DNA of 64,000 nucleotides from Tubiluchus corallicola. Taxonomy: Eukaryota > Animalia > Priapulida. Positions within the stretch are counted from its first letter, which is position 1. Each line of letters begins with the position of its first letter. Made by a program: the position numbers and the translations under genes. The stretch covers positions 15,580 through 79,579 of the forward strand of contig JAQGDQ010000932.1 in assembly GCA_030141605.1 (NCBI GenBank), given 5' to 3'. The notes beneath the pieces were generated by a model. That model did no database searches and was not told where the DNA came from. It worked only from the letters and a program-made list of their open reading frames with translations. Below are positions 58,966-64,000 of this stretch, piece after piece.

Positions 58966-60263
58966 CAGGCCACTTTATTTAGGTCATTTGACCTAAATAG
59001 CCTAAATAGCTTATTTAGGTTGTTTTTCAGATTTTATTTAGGTCATCTTAGGTTTTTGTTAAATTAGTGCTGAATTCGATGTCAAAAAGTCAGATTTTTA
59101 GGCTGTTATAGTGTTATTCATTTATTTTGTTTTTCTTAAATTGTACCAAATTATTCCTTATCACTATCAGTTATCACATTTTCATCAGTTCAAAAAACTG
59201 TTTTGCTTGGAGGCACCCCTCCAGGCTGAAGTCTGATTTCCCCAACAATGCTAAAGTCAGCCTCTACAGTAGCAGTTGGCGGAAAGAGAGTTGCATGTCC
59301 TCCAGAAAATTCCGTCAAGGAAGAGTAGCGATCGAAGTTCTTCCAAGCTTGGAGAAATGGTGTTTTTTCCGTCTTCGAATCCAATGCAGTCTTGGTGGGT
59401 TAATTGTCTCTGTAGTCTCTCAGGATCGAACAACATCCCACCAATGATGTCATTCACGATTGAAGCTTTCACTTTGAACCGAATAGGTGCCTCACCTTCA
59501 AAATGGATCGCCAAAGTTTGCTCTCGAGGGACAGTTTTGTCAAAGAATTTCCTCTTATCTTCTGAGCTGAATTTTTGATAATCACTCCACCTAACTGCAT
59601 GTTGATTTTCTAAATGTTGTTTGTAGTGACCTGCTCGAAATGTTGTGAACAGCTTGACGTTTTCTGTTCGCTGGCGTTTGGCTCCTGGCTTCTCCTCGTG
59701 ACCAAAATAATAACAAAACTCACATCGTGAAGCCACGACTGCCTGCGTCTTCGGGTGCCTCTGCACGATCTTCAGCCCATAAGCAAGCTCGTGTGATGGA
59801 CTAAAAGAAGCCATCTATAACTGGGGAGAGACAAGGAAGAATTAGAACGAGTAGGCCTAGTCTCGTTTAAGTAAAAGAAAGTATGGGGGCTTGACGACTC
59901 ATCAATCACACTAAAAGAGGGTGGGGCGGTTGGGCGACAACAAAACACACAGAACACAAAAGGATTAGGAGGGTTCTTTCGAGAACACCCGTCTCAGTTC
60001 CCGTCTTCATGCCGGCATAACGTGGGTGTGACACGATGCTGCTGGTTCACTGCCTGAATCAGTCCAATCGAAGTGCAGCGCAGACGGGAGGGAGAACTAC
60101 GGGACGCCACGTGGCTTGTTTCTTCTAATTCTCGCTCCTCCGACAGGCAAAAAAGCAGCGACGATCCGAAAAATGAAAAAGAGCAAAAATGTTATTTAGG
60201 TTATTTTTCAAATCTTATTTAGGTCATTTTAGGTCATTTTAAGTCTAAACAACCTAAATAAAC
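58966..60263 (-). mobile_element. Internally deleted hAT-like DNA transposon with transposase remnant
   Basis: Left end CAGGCCACTTTATTTAGG; right end truncated (CCTAAATAAA); TCATAAT duplicated on both sides; TTATTTAGG subterminal repeats. N-terminal zinc-finger-like CEFC..HLENQH (59257-59814) is joined to a C-terminal GG(H)ATLFPPTATVEADFS..SDFSLEGCLQAKQF. Confidence 0.8.
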
Positions 60264-63200
60264 TCATAATGCGCACAACAACAGATGTGTAAATTATTAT
60301 CTGCCAAATTATACGTCTCTACCCCTAAAACAATTATCCATGCACAAATTAGACAACAATATTTGCCTTCTGTACCCATAACTAAATACGTTTTGCGATG
60401 CATTTCTACTGTTCTGTCTGCATCCTCGTGATTAATGCCAACTTCGGGTTTACGATGGCATATAATTTATTGTCATGAGAGCCAAGGAGGCAGCATTTAC
60501 ACCTGATACGACATAAATCTTTCAAGCTCCCATAATAATATTCTCCTACACTTTTTGCCATTCCTAGAGGAAGCCTCTGCAGATGTGATTTACTGTTTCT
60601 TCCAATTAAATGCGTCATAGTATGAGGTAAAGTGTTATATGCTGTAGAATTACATTCATATGTTATTACTTATATTAAACTTAAAAAGTAAACACCTCCA
60701 AAATGAGGCACCCTAGGCAATTGCCTAGTTTGTCTAGTTGTAGGCCGGCTCTGTTAACGTATTGAAGCTGTTGTGTGACATGTACCTTAAATTAACATAT
60801 TTGTCCATGTTCTCCACCAGTCTTTTGTCATGTGCAATCTGCTGTAGCATTTTTTCTGCAGTTAACCTTTGCATCATGCACAATTTTTGTATACATTGTT
60901 GTAAAAAACAGAAATGATCACTTTTCAGCTTTGTATATAATTTAAACCATTGTCTGTCGAATAGAGCATGTAAATCATACAAAGATGGTAAATCACTATC
61001 TATCATCTTCCATTGTAAACAAACTTCTAACAGTTAGTGTTATAAGCAGTGCTTTCGTGCAAAATTTAATTATGTCAGACGTTTTGCTGCCTGTTATACA
61101 AATAAGTCGAAATAATTTAAATGTTTGATAAATTGACGTTATGAAAATCACACACCGGCATTGAACAGTAATCTGTAAACTTGAATGATTTCTAAAACAT
61201 GAAAATATAAGCGTCATAATGCCTACAACAACAGATGTGTAAATTGTGATCTTGCAAATTATACATCACCACTCCTACACCAATTATCTATGCACAAATT
61301 AGACAACAATATTTGCCTTCTGTACCCATAACTATATATGTTTTGTGATGCATTTCTACTGTTCTGGCAGAATAAGTTTGTTTCACCTGGCATTTTAATA
61401 GGTCTTGTCAATATTTCCATAATCAGCAGTGTGCTGTAGTCAGCAGTGAGTCTTGCTCGGTTCCACCACTGGTACGGTCACCAATCCAGGGTACTGCCGG
61501 ATCTTCTGACTCACACTTTTACTGTCCATTCGCATGTGCTACAAAGCACTGTTTCTCTGGCTTTTCTGGTATGTATATCAAAAAGTGCACCAGAAACCAT
61601 CTTGTTTTTAGATAGGAACATTTGTTTTTGTCACTACGGTTGTGTTGAAATATATGCTAATATGGTTTGCATTGATTACCTCAAGCTATGTAAATGTTGC
61701 GGGCAAGTTACCAGGTGGCTTCATCTGAGGGGCCCCATGATTTTATTAAAAGTGATAATCCCACTCTGCAGATATTATTACAATATCACAAGTTTAATGG
61801 TGATGAACTGTGTCACTGGGTGAACATTGCCTGGATTTTCTTTGTTTTCTTGCGACACACCTGCTTACAATGATGAGACAGAAAACAGTTAACAAACAAG
61901 CCAACGTCACATTTTGCATTGTCACATTGTCTGTGTGTTGCATTCGTAACAAGAAAGTGGCTCTGAGGTGGGACGTTGGATCACCAAATGCGTCTCAGCC
62001 ACATGCGGGTGTGCTTGTATTCTCGTTGAGAGAAGGAAATATTCACAAGCCGTGGCAAACGGCATGATAGCTAGAACTGCCCTGATGAAGCAATGAACCA
62101 AATGGTCGCTCATCCGTTCACTGATTGGGTTTGGCGTTGCTTAACTTTGCAAGAACACGTTATAATCTCACTCCAAAAACAGTTGGTGATGAAGTTGCTG
62201 CTATAAGCCTAGTGGTCAGTCATCCATTCACTGGTCAGGTTCAGCATTACTTAACTTCGCCAGAACACATAATAACCACTCAGTTCTTCTGTGATCTCAC
62301 TACAAAAGCAGTTAGTAATGAAATTAAAGCTGCAAACAAAGTGGTCACTCTTCCATTTATTGCCCAGCATTGGCATTGCTTAACTTCGCAAAAACACAAA
62401 ATAACCATTAGTAATGAAAATAGTGCTACAAACCAAATAGCCACACATCGATTCATTGGTCAGGTCTGGCATTGCTTAACTTCGCAAAAACACGTAATAA
62501 TCATTCGGTTTTTCTGTGACCTCACTCAAAAAGAATTATTATTGAAATGCCTGCTATAGACCAGCTGCTTGTGTAAAGGTGTTGTTTACCAGACATGCGG
62601 AATGCGCATGCGTTACAGACAAAAATAAATTTATATTGTTTTCAATGCACCCATTTATCAGACTGCAGCTATTCCCTATTGATTCTTTATGCGCAGCTAT
62701 TCCGCGGGTGCGAACCGCATTGTGCGGCGTTTACTAAACATCCAGAATGCGTTAGGCGTTACAATAATAAACAATATCCAACCGCGGAATACCTGCAGAA
62801 AAAATAACGCAGAAAGTAGCGTTTGTGTAACTTGCAGATGTGGATGCATTTTTCTTATTGTATAGCTATTCCTATTGATTTTTTTCGCAGGGTATTCCGT
62901 AGAGTGGAAAACGCATCCGCATCCGCAAGTCAAACAAACGCCACTTAACGCAGGTCAGATGCATGGAAAGCGAGATACGCATAAACCGAGTTCTTGTCTA
63001 TTCCGCCCCCTATAATGCACACGCGTTCCGGATGCTACATATAAACGCTACATTCCGGATGTCTGGCAAACGCCGTTTTAGCTGGAACAAACCTAACTTC
63101 TGCCTTGGGTGCCTCTGATGGGGTCAGGTCTTATTTTTAACATGTTACCTTGATCTCTAGCTGTGCAAAAAATTCACTTTCAAGCTGGCATTAGTTTTTG

Positions 63201-63628
63201 TTGTTGTAAGTCAAAATTTTTCACGAAATAAGTTTGTTTCGTTCAAAAGTTTTACCATCAGAGTATTTTAGTAAATTTAGTGCGTCGTAACGTCGAAATG
63301 TATTCTCACATAACAGTGTTTGTCAGTATTTTGACTGTACTAGGCACGAAGCCAGGGATTTATAAGGAGGCAGCACTTATACATGTACTGTATACTCTAA
63401 TGCTGTTTGCACTTCCGTACCCAGTAAATAAATTAGATTCGTCATGTACAGTTAAAAGTCAAGTTTTGTTTCCAAGTTTTACCAAAGGTAGATGTTACTT
63501 ATAAGTACTTTGTAATTACAATAAAATAAATTACAAAATTATTTGTAACTGTAATTTATAAAATATTGCACCTCTTTTTGAGGTTTGCAAACTTCTGTAT
63601 TACATTTTCAATGTCTATTTCGTCTTTG

Positions 63629-64000
63629 TTCAGGTACATGTGGGTCAAGCTATTTCACCTCTCTACCCCAGTTCTACTGTTTAGGTACATGTGGGTCAAG
63701 CCATTTAACCTCTCTACCCAGTTCTGCTGTTCAGGTACACGTGGGCCAAGCCATTTAAGCTCTCTACCCCAGTTCTGCTGTTCAGGTACACGTGAGCCAA
63801 GTCATTTAACCTCTCTATCCCAGTTCTGCTGTTCAGGTACACGTGGGCCAAGCCATTTAAGCTCTGTACCCCAGTTCTGCTGTTCATGTACATGTGGGCC
63901 AAGCCAAATAAGCTCTCTACCCCAGTTCTGCTGTTCAGGTGCATGTGGGCCAAGTCATTTAACCTCTCTACCCCACTTCTGCTGTTCAGGTACACGTGGG
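63629..64000. repeat. 51-bp tandem repeat (>=7 units, runs off the window)
   Basis: Unit TTCAGGTACACGTGGGCCAAGCCATTTAACCTCTCTACCCCAGTTCTGCTG. Confidence 0.92.

Overview
AT-rich, intron-containing eukaryotic DNA, most likely from a metazoan invertebrate; it is not prokaryotic. Most ORF-track entries are microsatellite or transposon artefacts. Manual splicing gives three protein-coding genes, all on +. (1) AGGF1: 12 coding exons, 8282-25585, ~776 aa, with coiled-coil, OCRE, FHA and G-patch regions and one GC-AG intron. (2) An uncharacterised tandem-RWD + RING-H2 putative E3 ligase, ~32845-51348, ~364 aa, whose first coding exon appears split by a hAT MITE. (3) An intronless class-A GPCR, 47441-48436, nested on the same strand in an intron of gene 2. 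The rest is transposon-derived or tandemly repeated: LINE fragments, a 5S-rRNA-headed SINE, a bipartite RTE derivative, several MITE families with readable TIRs and TSDs, an internally deleted hAT-like transposase resembling (from recall) an oomycete/bryophyte family, satellites, and a ~2.57 kb nested tandem duplication. All homology calls come from motif recognition, not database searches.
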